Assembly (NCBI RefSeq): GCF_021869535.1
Contig: NW_026262581.1
Span: 2,108,001-2,172,000 of the forward strand
DNA length: 64,000 nucleotides
Source: Mytilus californianus
Lineage: Eukaryota
Reading direction: 5' to 3'
The notes beneath the pieces are model-generated. The model worked only from the letters and a program-made list of their open reading frames with translations, ran no database searches and was not told the DNA's origin. Positions 28,171-40,100 of the stretch are shown in pieces (position 1 is the first letter of the stretch; each line of letters opens with the position of its first letter). A program made the position numbers and the translations under genes.

Positions 28171-29470
28171 GTTGTAGCTTACCCCTGATAACAAAAACAA
28201 GTGATCATATCCCTTTTGGACTAGAGTTGTAGCTTACCCCCCTGATAACAAAAACAAGTTATCATATCCCCTTTGGAGAAGAGTGGTAGCTTACCACCTG
28301 ATAACAAAAACAAGTTATCATATCCACTATGGAGAAGAGTTGAAGCTTACCCCCCTGATAACAAAAAACAAATAATCATATCCCCTTTGGAGAAGAGTGG
28401 TAGCTTACTCCCTGATAACAAAAACAAGTTATCATAATCCCCTTTGGAGAAGAGTTGTAGCTTACTCCCTGATAACAAAAACCAAGTTATCATATCCCCT
28501 TTGGAGAAGAGTGGTAGCTTAATCCCTGATAACAAAAACAAGTTATCATATCCCTTTTGAACTAGAGTTATAGCTTACCCCCTGATAACAAAAACAAGCT
28601 ATCATATCCACTATGGAGAAGAGTTGAAGCTTACCACCCTGATAACAAAAACCAAGTTATCATATCCCCTTTGGAGTGGTAGGTTACTCCCTGATAACAA
28701 AAACAAGTTATCATATCCACTATGGAGAAGAGTTGAAGCTTACCCCCCTGATAACAAAAACCAAGTTATCATATCCCCTTTGGAGAAGAGTGGTAGCTTA
28801 ATCCCTGATAACAAAAACAAGTTATCATATCCCCTTTGGACTAGAGTTATAGCTTACTCCCTGATAACAAAAACAAGCTATCATATCCCTTTTGGACTAG
28901 AGTTATAGCTTACCCCCTGATAACAAAAACAAGCTATCATATCCCCTTTGGACAAGAGTTATAGCTTACCCCCTGATAACAAAAACAAGTTATCATATCC
29001 CTTTTGGACTAGAGTTATAGCTTACCCCCTGATAACAAAAACAAGCTATCATATCCCCTTTGGACTAGAGTTGAATCTTACCCCCTGATAACAAAAACAA
29101 GTTATCATATCCCTTTTGGACTAGAGTTGAATCTTACCCCCTGATAACAAAAACAAGTTATCATATCCCCTTTGGACTAGAGTTGAATCTTACCCCCTGA
29201 TAACAAAAACAAGTTATCATATCCCTTTTGGACTAGAGTTGAATCTTACCCCCTGATAACAAAAACAAGTTATCATATCCCCTTTGGACTAGAGTTGAAT
29301 CTTACCCCCTGATAACAAAAACAAGTTATCATATCCCCTTTGGACTAGAGTTGAATCTTACCCCCTGATAACAAAAACAAGTTATCATATCCCTTTTGGA
29401 CTAGAGTTGAATCTTACCCCCTGATAACAAAAACAAGTTATCATATCCCCTTTGGACTAGAGTTGTAGCT
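28171..29470 (-). repeat. 56-bp tandem array (23 units) derived from the CEP41 exon 9 3' end plus donor site
   Basis: Minus-strand unit CAACTCTAGTCCAAAGGGGATATGATAACTTGTTTTTGTTATCAGGGG-GTAAGATT. The first unit in transcript order is the real exon end. Units are near-identical near the exon and diverged distally. Confidence 0.97.
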
Positions 29471-29532
29471 GCATTAGGCGCTAATCTTTCATCTTCATCA
29501 CAAACTAAAATTATTTTTCCTGGAACATTTTT
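29418..29532 (-). CDS. CEP41: CEP41 exon 9 (KNVPGKIILVCDEDERLAPNAATTLVQRGYDNLFLLSG-G)
   Basis: 115 nt, GTAAGA donor at 29417. Matches human [39 protein letters not shown]. Confidence 0.97.
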
Positions 29533-30145
29533 CTGTTAGAGGTTAAGGAATACATCTTAAAGAGACAATTAACATACTATAAAATTATCAAGAAATGAGT
29601 TGGAGTCATCTTAAAAGTTTAATCGTTACCAGAATGACTTGACCATTCTGGAAACAGTTGTGTCACTAATTACAACAGATGTATTCTATTTGTAATATCC
29701 ATAATCGTATCATAATAACTTAACAGATTTTTAATTTTCATGAGCAACACCAGCAGCAACTTGTTGTCCTATCAGGACCCCAAAGTTTCTGATTTTTTAA
29801 ATTTTTTGCTAAATCTTTTGTTTTCTGTGTAGTGTTTTTGTTGATCTTACCACCATGATGTTGACTGCCCTTTTTTTACATGTAATTTTTTAATTGCCCA
29901 CTTGGTTTCTTCTCACTGGTCGATGAATTGTTTTAAAGTTCAACATTTTCCTTCTTTTTTTTTGACAAAGTGTCAATTTTAGTGTGGAATAGATCTTAAT
30001 ACATTTATTCACTTTGTTTCAGCGTAATCATGTAATATGAAAAACTTCACAACATTGTCTTCTGCCATGGTTAATATTGATCTCATATGATAACCATGGA
30101 TACCAATACAATTAATTAGTATCTATATTAAAGACAAAAGGATAC
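29533..30145 (-). other. CEP41: U12-type (minor spliceosome) GT-AG intron, CEP41 intron 8
   Basis: 5' splice site GTATCCTTTT (30145-30136) and branch site TTCCTTAAC (29550-29542) close to the terminal CAG, with no typical poly-pyrimidine tract. Both match the U12 consensus. Confidence 0.92.
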
Positions 30146-30213
30146 ATATGCCAGCATGTCTTTTGTTTCAAAATTTGTGGCCCTCGACAAGTAGGCTGTT
30201 GGATAACTCTTGG
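30146..30213 (-). CDS. CEP41: CEP41 exon 8 (A-KSYPTAYLSRATNFETKDMLAY)
   Basis: ttttttgcag acceptor, GTATCCTTTT (U12-type) donor, 68 nt. Matches human AYSYPIATLSRTMNPYSNDILEY. Confidence 0.95.
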
Positions 30214-31139
30214 CTGCAAAAAAGATCATATGATACATAAGAAATTACATGTATTCTATAGCACAGGTGACATATATTTAAAGTGATTTTATCAATTTAC
30301 ATATATACCAAAACACAGACTTGACAAATCATTAGTCTCATACCTACATTGTTAAATTATACCTCTTTAACTTCAGACATATAAAAACTTGGAAGTACTG
30401 CTAGCAAATCTTTAAAAATATACCCCTCCCTTCCCCATAAAGCAATGACTTAGCCACTGTTTTTCATAGAAACACTTAAAATTAATTCGGATCAAAAATC
30501 AAAATTTGAGGTGCAAAATGGCATTAAAAAGAAACACCTAAAATCAATTTGGATCCAAAAACAAAATAGGAGGTGCAAAATTGCATTAAGTGGTGATGAT
30601 TCTAATAAAGTTTTAATAAATGAGGTGAGGAGTTGCAGATACAAAATGGGTAGCATACCCCTCCTTCAAAGTCCATTAATTGCTAAGGAAATCCACAAAA
30701 ATAATTAGGATAAAAAAAACTAAAAAGATTGTGAAGATTCTGAGAAAGTTATCATCAAATTCTAATCTTGGGTTAAGAGTAGAAGCAAATAAAAATGAGT
30801 AGTGTAGAGTGGGGATATAACAAATCCATGTCATGCCCAAAATTATTTAGATGGAGAAATAAAATGGAAGATGCAAACATACATTACATGAGTAAAATTC
30901 TATGGAAGACTCCAAAATTTCTGTCAAGCAGTTCAGTTGCAATTGTGGATACAAAAGTTGAACAGAAGGACAAATGAATAAACAAACAGACGGACAGATC
31001 AGAATATATCACATGCAACAGAAAACGGTTGGCATTACAACAAATTGGAAACAACAAATCAGAAGATGAATGAATCCCTCTGTAGGATAATACTATATCA
31101 CATGATCAGTACAATGAATGTATGATTATCTCCCTTTAC

Positions 31140-31282
31140 CTGAGATCATATGAAACTGATCATAATCATCTTTCACCCGGATATCTAACAGCAAATATGG
31201 ACAACCATCATCTAATAAGTCTGGTTTAGGAGCTGGTGGTGGTGGTTTGTCTATATCTATCTCTCCAACACCTCTTACAACT
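31140..31282 (-). CDS. CEP41: CEP41 exon 7 (VVRGVGEIDIDKPPPP...CPYLLLDIRVKDDYDQFHMIS), start of rhodanese-like domain
   Basis: ttgattgtag acceptor, GTAAAG donor, 143 nt. Matches human VISGVGELDL...[20 protein letters not shown]. Confidence 0.95.
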
Positions 31283-31562
31283 CTACAATCAAATCAATAA
31301 CATTGGATTTAGGCTAATTTATTGTATCATGATAAACTTTTTGCAACAATCCCATAGTTGTTATCAACAAATATTTGCAGTCTGCTTAATTAGGATTTTT
31401 AATGTTTTATAAAATATATTGTAACAATTTTTCCTTCTATATATCCCCAACACCCTAACAACTCTACAATCAAATCAATAATGTTGACTTTTAGGTAAAT
31501 CTATTGAATTTGATATACTTCTTTGAACAATTCCATAGATGTTATCAACAAATACTTGCAGT
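31259..31562 (-). repeat. Tandem duplication (181-nt offset) of the intron 6 3' end and exon 7 start
   Basis: ctctccaacacctcttacaactctacaatcaaatcaataa...gttatcaacaaatatttgcagt (31261-31381) is repeated as atccccaacaccctaacaactctacaatcaaatcaataa...gttatcaacaaatacttgcagt (31443-31562). Confidence 0.9.
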
Positions 31563-31775
31563 GATAAGTATTGTTTATCAAATAATTTTTTAATCAACAT
31601 TTTGTATGCCATAAAATTTACTGTGATCGATGAATTTATCGATCTAGTCATTTAGTTTTCTTCTCTTTTTTATAAATTTTTGATGATTAAAGTTAAAAAA
31701 ATTTATTTGTAGGAAAATGTTGACATAACAATCTTCCATACTGATTTAAAACATGTTTTGGAAGGAAAAACTAAC

Positions 31776-31929
31776 CCCTGTAATGTAGATCTTTTTCCAG
31801 ATCTATCAGGTTCACCATAATCTCCCTCAGTGAGAGCTAATGATGGAGCAGGGCTGATTCTTTGTCCTCCTTGTATTCTCTGAATCTCCATATCAGCTGT
31901 ATCAGGTCGTGTTGATAAGTTTCCATTGT
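31776..31929 (-). CDS. CEP41: CEP41 exon 6 (NGNLSTRPDTADMEIQ...SGKRSTLQ-G)
   Basis: ttttgcag acceptor, GTTAGT donor, 154 nt. Ends RSTLQ as in human SRSTLQS. Confidence 0.92.
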
Positions 31930-32744
31930 CTGCAAAACAAAAATATTACAAAATTAAGTTTTTTTTTTTTACCTCAATGTATATTTTATTCAAATCTTAT
32001 TTTTGCTATTGTCTTAACTCAGGCTGGTTTAGAAATAAACTCTATTATTGTAGTGAGGATCAGCTATTTCAACAACTAACAAATGCCATTTTCATAGAAA
32101 AAATACATGAAATAGAAAGACAGTATATCCAGTATATTGGATCAAGGATATTGGTTTTGTACTTTTTTTTTATATGATATCTAAAATGGACAAACTTTTT
32201 TCATACAATCCATGAAAAATTTTCAATTGTTTTGTCATCTTCTGTAACTTAACTTATAACTGTCTTTTTTTTCATTTGGACAGGTCTATTAATATTGCCA
32301 AATCAGCTGCTATTTTCTATTTGTAGATTTTCATTTTTAGAACACAAAGTGGTTGATGTGTAACTGGGACCAATAGATAACCGATAGATTTGTGTATTAT
32401 TCCCAGAAAGAGATGTGTCATTATTTCTGTTTATGCATCAAATAACACAATATTTGAAAGCAAATGCTACTTTGAAGATATTTATATTTCATGTACCTTG
32501 AATAAAAAAGCTTAAAACTTTGATTTTTGTTTTTTTCTGAAAATCTTGAATATTTGGTCAGAAGATCTGTAAACCAACAAATTAAAAAAAAATTTGCACA
32601 ACAGTCAAAATTTAAATGAACTGTTTTGTTATGATAAAAAGCTTAAACTAAAATATATTGTTATTGTGAAAGAAAAGCTTTTTTTTCTTAATTCTTAGTT
32701 ATATAAATTCTTTACTACATAAATAGATTGATGTAAGTACTTAC

Positions 32745-32793
32745 TCATAGAACTATTACATGTGTCTCTTTGATATTCCCATACCTTAGTAAC
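32745..32793 (-). CDS. CEP41: CEP41 exon 5 (VTKVWEYQRDTCNSSM-N)
   Basis: ttttattttcag acceptor, GTAAGT donor, 49 nt, phase 0 to phase 1, bridging exons 4 and 6 exactly. Sequence is poorly conserved versus vertebrates. Confidence 0.8.
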
Positions 32794-33236
32794 CTGAAAA
32801 TAAAAATGTTGATGACGTCGCGGTCACATGACATAATTATGTCTATGAGCTGATAGACAAAACACTTTCAGCCAATCAGAGGACGTGTTACATCCAAAAT
32901 TAAATTATTCCTTAATAAATATACTTTTAGCATGAAAAGTAAGAAATGAAGCAAAATTTACCAAAATAAAAATCTAAAGGGCTTTTCACTCATTACTATA
33001 GGACTCCTTTAGTCTAGAGAGTTCATGCTGTCTGGGTAATCTTTTATTTGACAAGTTTTCTTACTTGCAATATGTAAACCCATTAGAGCGTTATAGTTCT
33101 TGTAAATTGTGGTCTCAAACAAGGATACTGAATATTTTTTTAACACAATTTTGGTAAGTTGTTGAAGACTTGAAAGACCGTCATTTTTTGTTACTGTCAA
33201 ATCCATACAGGATGTCACAACTTAAATGAACCTATA

Positions 33237-33436
33237 CTGTGTATTCATTAATTTTCATGGATACCAATTTTCATGGATTGAGGAAACTTTGTATTTTCGT
33301 GGATATTTAATTTCGTGGTTTTACATATACAAGCCTATAGATAATTTGTACTTCGTTGAACATTTAAATTTGTGGTTCATCTGTAACCACGAAATCAACG
33401 AAAATTGGTATCCAACGAATAATAATGAATCCACAG
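33237..33436. mobile_element. Tc1/mariner-type MITE
   Basis: TIRs ctgtgtattcatta..ggataccaattttc / gaaaattggtatcc..taatgaatccacag, flanked by TA on both sides. Confidence 0.75.
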
Positions 33437-33607
33437 TATCAACAGTTTGGCTGCATGAACTGATTGAAATTTCGTACATGTTTTTGTAAAAACATTTCAG
33501 AATAAATAATTGTGGATGCAAGTTTAAAACTGCAATGTTTATTTTAATGACTTAATTTTAAATTCATTTGGAATTGATCATGCTACTTCGATTTTGAGTT
33601 TAAATAA

Positions 33608-34762
33608 ATTTCTTTGTCGAGCACAGCTGGATACGACCGCAGAGGTTCAACCCTGAACAGTTGAGGCAAAAATGGACACAATATTCGTGCTTGATACAGG
33701 TCTGAATTTGGATTGAAATTAAATGTTTGACACAGAAAAACTGTCAAAGAACTTAGAATTGGTTATGTGATTTGAATTTATATTCAATTTTTTGCTTTTG
33801 TGCAATTCACTATGCTGTTGCGAATTCCCCCCCCCCCCCCCCCAAAAAAAAAAAAAAGAATTTCACCCCATTTTTTTTTTGGCAAACAAATTTTTTTCAC
33901 CCCACCCATTATTTTTTGCAAAAAAAAAAAAATATATTTGAAGAAATTTTCAATTTAATTTCTGAAATCTGTAATGAGAAAAAAAAAATTGTCCCCCCCC
34001 CATAATTTCTTTTTTACCCCCCCCCCCCCCCCCCCCCCCAATTTTTTTTTCATCTCCCCTACCCTTTTTCCAAAAAAAAAAATCTTTCCCTTTAGATATG
34101 GTCATTATCTCAATTCAAATTTCCAATGGAGTTTGCAACCATAATTACCAATTTAAATACATCATAAAAGTCTTAAAATAGAAAATGACATACATGACAT
34201 ACATGATCATGTCTAAAAATAATATATCTTTAATCAGCATTTTTATTAGTAACTTGACAGCTAATCACCTCAAGACAATACAAAATTTCTTTATACATAA
34301 TTTTAAAGCAGTGTAAGGGAGGTAATCCAAATTTAACATTGTACTTAAAAGTGATTGTCCATTAACAAGGAAACCCTTGTTTATTCCCCCTTTTTTGCCC
34401 CTAATTCCTAAACGGTTTGAGCCATTACCCCCCAAAGCCAATCCTAACCATCCCTTTGTGGTATGGAAACTTGTTGTACAATTTCAGAGAGATCCATACA
34501 CCGTTCCACAAGTTATTTGCTGAAAACTAGAAAAATGCTTATTTGGGCCCTTTTTTTGGCAGCTAATTCCTGAACTGTTAGGACCATAACCCCCAAAATC
34601 AATCCCAACATTCCTTTTGTGGTTAAAAATCTTGTGTTTAAATTTCATAGATTTCTATTTACTAATACTAAAGTTATTGTCCGGAAACCAAGTGTCTTCG
34701 GACGACGACGACGATATGATACCAATATACGACCACAAAAATTTTTTGCAGTTGTATAAAAA
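33608..34762 (+). mobile_element. HINE family A, full length
   Basis: 5' subTIR ATACGACCGCA and 3' hairpin atacgaccacaaaaattttttgcagttgtat followed by an A-run. Confidence 0.8.
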
Positions 34763-34878
34763 TTGGCTAATTCAAGTCGAATCATGAATGAATTTCTGAG
34801 TTACGATACAAGTTTTTCCTCTGTTTTTGAGAATTGTACTTGAAAAAGTGTTTAAATAAAAACATCCATACTACTTAC

Positions 34879-34940
34879 CAACTGAACAAAAGTGGCTGCT
34901 TTCATTCGTTTGAATATTTCATCTTTTTTGAATCTGTAAT
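34879..34940 (-). CDS. CEP41: CEP41 exon 4 (YRFKKDEIFKRMKAATFVQL)
   Basis: ctttgtttcag acceptor, GTAAGT donor, 62 nt. Strong match to human [20 protein letters not shown]. Confidence 0.97.
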
Positions 34941-34949
34941 CTGAAACAA

Positions 34950-35140
34950 AGAATCAATGTTAGTAAAAACATTTCTTAGGCAGATTTAATGTAAGTAATT
35001 CTATATAAATTTTAAAATCTATAAAAACATTTCTTAGGCAGATTTAATGTAAGTGATTCTAAATAAACTTAAAAATCTATAAAAACATTTCTTAGGCAGA
35101 TGTAATATAAGTGATTCTAAATATACTTAAAAATCTATAA
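34950..35140. repeat. ~58-bp tandem repeat (~3 units) next to the exon 4 acceptor
   Basis: aaaacatttcttaggcagatttaatgtaagt(a/g)attct occurs three times. Confidence 0.85.
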
Positions 35141-37043
35141 ATACATTCAGAATTCAAGCTCAAATAAAAATCATAGTGTGAAATAAGAACGACTTTTAAT
35201 CAGCAGAATTCATTTACAGTTATAATTATAAACAAGAATGTGTCCATAGTACAAGGATGCCCCACTCCACCATCATTTTCTATGTTCAGTGAACTGTGAA
35301 ATTGGGGTCAAAACTCTTAATTTGGCATAAAAATTAGAAAGATCATTGCAGAGAAACATCAAAGAACTTCAAATATTAGATATTTTGACAAATGTAAACA
35401 GTTGAACAATAGATTGTGTGAAGTTCAGACACAAATGTTCAGTTTCTGGTTTTTTAAGAGAACTCTTGACTTCTATATTTAATAATTTATTAACACAAAT
35501 TGGTAAAACAGGGTTTTCAGTCATCTTTTTGCTACCTGTCTCTTTATTTGATTGGTCTGTAGTAACTATTGTCTAGGTTATATACAAATGTTATAATGAT
35601 TGTATGGTCATACTAGCAGATAAGCAAACTTAACCTAATTTGTACCCACTCAAGTATAATATGCTATAATGCTCTTATCATCTATATTTTTGCATCTTTT
35701 CTTTTTTTTACAGTTAAAATATCTGTTGTAGTTCTGAAAGCTTACTGTAATAGCCTGCTTTGATCCCTATCATTATATTCAAGTAAATAATTTAAAGGTT
35801 TGAATTATATTTTGGATGGTTTTAATGAATAATTTTCTGGATGATTCTATGTAATCAATTTCAGAATACATGTATAATGTAAAGATTAATACTTTCACTC
35901 TCAACAAGACATCACAAATATGAGAAGTTATCAACATTAGAGAAAGACAAATAAACATTTTTAATGTGTGTTAAAGGTTTATATACTAAAATTCACAACT
36001 GAAAACACTAATTTCATCAAAGTGTGTTTCCATTCAGAATTATTGCCCTAATATTAAATTTAATCCACTACAACGTCACTGAATGTGTGTGTTCAAAAAA
36101 GGCATACATAATACTTCATCTTTCCATTGGATAATTCAGTTGTTAACGTAATATATTTTTTTTCTGAAAGCATTCATGAATCATATGGGAATCATCATCA
36201 CAAAGGAGTAGGTTAAGGTTACATAAGGAGTTAATTATATGATCCCTATTTCTAGCTAAAATCATGCATTTAGATTTATTGACCAATATCACAATCTATC
36301 ATAGCTAATACAAAGACTAGACAGGAAATGGCTTTTTTGTTGAAAATTAACCTACATGTATTAGCATTCTTTTCATGATGTCACAAAAAGCACAAAGTTT
36401 GAATTTGCACTAAAAGTCAATTAAAAACATGAGAATTTCCAATGAAATATCAACGCTTCATAAGAAGTTCAAGATATGGACCAAAAACAGTTCTATTTCA
36501 TTTTCTTGCAAGTCTATTCATCAACTTTAAACATGTTTTATCTAAAATGTAAAAATGTTGGACTTAACATTCTGGACCAAAAATGGCCCTTACCAAACTT
36601 ACTCCCCAGATATTTTAAATAATTTCAATGTATCTTTCTCATGGGGCACCCATATGAGATCCAGCAAATAGTAGAATATTAATGGCCCGATAAAATTGTA
36701 TGATGAATTGCATTTTTTTATTCAAATTCTTTTATTTCATTTAAATCTTAAAAGCAATCATATATAGTTAACTTCTGGCCAAGGTCTGATAAACAATTCA
36801 CGAAAATCTTTAAAAACTAATGTCAAACTCAAAATCCTAAATTAATCACTGTATATTGGTTATTCCTTCCCTATGAGGATAACCTCGATAGAAAGTCACT
36901 TTTTATAAGGAAATTACATACTGATCAAAAGAGTTGTAAAGATAAGGATGAAGTCATCCCTTAAAAAGTATGTGTACATCTTTGTGGTTGACAATTAATG
37001 AATATCCTGGTGAGATGTGTTCCATTTGTTGTAGCCACAATAC

Positions 37044-37156
37044 AACCTTACCCTGAACCTTACAATTTCACAATGCAACCTTACCCTGAACCTTACAATT
37101 TCACAATGCAACCTTACCCTGAACCTTACAATTTCACAATGCAACCTTACCCTGAA
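37044..37156. repeat. 33-bp tandem repeat (~3.5 units)
   Basis: CAACCTTACCCTGAACCTTACAATTTCACAATG repeated. It produces the (QPYPEPYNFTM)n ORF. Confidence 0.9.
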
Positions 37157-40100
37157 TTATCAGTGATACAACATATTTGCCCTGACCAATACAAAAGGTG
37201 CACCTAATGGAGCAGAAACTACTGACCTTTCCAGAGCAACAGAGTTCAGCCTGTTTGTCATTTGGTTCTATAGTTTTATGAGTAGTGTTTTTTGGACTGT
37301 TGTTTTTTTTTTTGTATTATTTCTTTTGGCCAAGGTGTTGCATGTACTTACTCAACATGCAACTATTTTATAACCCCTCCTTTGTATATCTTTATTTTTT
37401 TTGTAACTGTGTAGATAAAATACAGTAAATATTGAACTTGTCCCAATGTATTCCGGCCAAACAATCCACTGTACTTTTAAAAACCATTTCAAACACAACT
37501 TTTCTTTCAATGGTCAATATTTAAATCATGACCATTTTGGAGAAAGTTCCAATAAACACAGCTTCTCTTAGTGAGTCTATAGTATATGGGGTATTAAAGT
37601 AAACATGTGTCCTAGTGATTATAGACTGAAGTGTTTACAGGTTAATCAATGACCTATAAATACGATCAATGTCAATTTTTACTATTCTGTCCATCTTCAA
37701 AAGTTCAAACTCATGATCAATTTACAATGGATGTCAAAATGCATCTAATGGAACAGCATGCTAACAAAATGTCTGATACCAAATTTCCTGGCGTTCTCAT
37801 ACATTATTCTTTAAAAAATTAGGATGAAAATTTCATACATGGTCATAATGTGAAAAATATATAAGAATTTGGTAAACAGGAAGTTGATGAGTGATGAATA
37901 TGAAAACGTATCATGATTATAACATGCTCATATGAAGTCTAAAACTAAATTTATGGACACTGAAATTTGCAGTTTCTGCAAAAATGTGTCAGAATTTGAT
38001 GGGAGGGACAGATGGAAGGATGGACAGACAGTCATGCCACCGTCACAGACCCCATTTTGCTGGCCTAAGCATCCCATTATCTTACATTTTTTGACATTTA
38101 CTGCAGGAGATACAAAATCTGTAGAAGCACAATCAAAGTATAGCTGACAAAAAAAAGAAAGTGAATTGTACAGCACCAATTCAAACAACTGGGAATTTAA
38201 CCAATTCCTGCCTCTCAGAATGTTAAGTAATCATACGATATGTATTCCTTTTCTACTAAAATATCAGAAGACTGTCTTCAAACTTGATTTTTTTAACCAA
38301 AACTTCATTGCTAGGGTGTTTAAATTCACAAATAAAAAAATAAAACTTTTAAAGTTTAAATAACTATATATGAACAAGTTGAAAATCTGAATGATTGTTT
38401 GCTATCTACTTAATTTCATATAAGTAAGATTTCCATCAAATTTAGATCAATATTTTCAAAAGGTATACACAGATGATAATAAGTATTTGTACAACAATAG
38501 AAATTTGGAACACTCAAAATTAAATTTTATAAGTGGTTTAGAATAATATGAGTTAAAAATAAAGTTTTTTAAATCATTTCATATATTTCAGCTAAATGTA
38601 GCAATAAAACAGACAAAAAATGAAACCATACAACAACAAGGGTAGCTTTAAACAACTTACTAGATGAAGACAATAGGTAACTGTGCCTGTTGCTCTCATA
38701 ACCACTCATAGATATCTAGCATACAAGTTATGTCTGTTCAATTATCATGACCCAATTTTATATCTTTTTTTTATAGATACATGTACAATACATTATTCAA
38801 AATTATATATAACTTATGGTGATATAATTTCAACAATAGAGTCTCTCATATGAATCACTGATTTTGAACTGAACCTTTATTTCACTTTGATTTAAATTTT
38901 TTAAAATAATCCTTTATAACTACAAAGCATCAAAACATTGATTTGGGTCTAAAAAGGCAAAATCAGATATATATAGATTGCATTGTATAAGGAAGAAAAA
39001 AATATTCCAGCATTGTTTTTTTCATAAGAAGTTTTTTAGTCCCATTACTGCAACAACAATTAAAAAATGTCATGGTGAGTATAGACCTATAGGTGATCAT
39101 TCCTACAGGAAACGTTGTGTTAAAATCTGTAAAGCAAATTAAACTAGTGACATCTGAAATAAAATCTTCTTTTAGATTGAGTAAGGAGTAAAAGTTCTGC
39201 AACCACAAAAGATGAAATCATCAAAAGGAATATGGATAAGGACCCCTTAGACCACCATTTCGAGTAATCTAAGAAAACCTAAAGTTAATTTGAGTTAAAG
39301 CAACAAGATTTTCAACAGCTCTGAACTTCACGGAAACAGCTCCCCTTCCACTTTTTTCTGAAACCTTATAAGATCTAGGTCAAATTGAAAAGAAAAACAC
39401 AAACAATTCCATAAGAAATATAACAAAATCAAATTTAAAATAAAATTTTGGGTTTTGGTCTTTCTTTTGCCTTCAGTATCTTGAAATATAGTCAATCTTT
39501 TTAAAACTTAGCAAGAAATGAATCCACAATATCACGTGTAAATCCATCCAAAAATAAACAAGATACTATTTTGGGTGAACAGATCCTTTAAGCTCCCTTT
39601 ACCTCTTTTGGTATTTTCTTCATACATTTAGCACTTGCATGTATGCTGACAGTTGTCCACGCTTTACCTTTTTTTACCCTATTTGATAGAAAAACTTTTG
39701 TTCTGCACATTTTGTACAGACCTCATACACATTACATTAATACTTTAGGCTCTTGGCAAATTTAATCACCTTATACTTTTGAACTGTTTCTACCCATTAG
39801 TGATACATTTAAATAAGAACATCACTGATTTCTGTCCCCAAAATCCATCAATTATACAGATTTTCTCTCAATTAAACCCTTAAAGTTGATATCATGAAAT
39901 TTATAACACTTTAAACTACCAGTTCACCATGTTTATAGTTGTTTTATCACTGTGAAACTAAGAACGAACACATCTACATAATAAACTGAAATGTTTACTT
40001 GTCAACTGTAGTTGTAAACATTCATTTATATAAATTAAATTTTTACCTAATCAATAAAATCTATTTGAATTTGAATAAGTCTTACAAAGAATAAATACAA

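Noticed and set aside
29738-29875. Minus-strand frame ending ...DRTTSCCWCCS* inside the U12 intron, resembling a lipid-anchor C-terminus
   Set aside because: An in-frame TAA lies immediately upstream and there is no usable acceptor, so it is probably chance.
37998-38060. GGAC/GACA microsatellite remnants (also 25170-25260) as regulatory elements
   Set aside because: These are typical decayed 3' ends of pearl/HINE-type elements.
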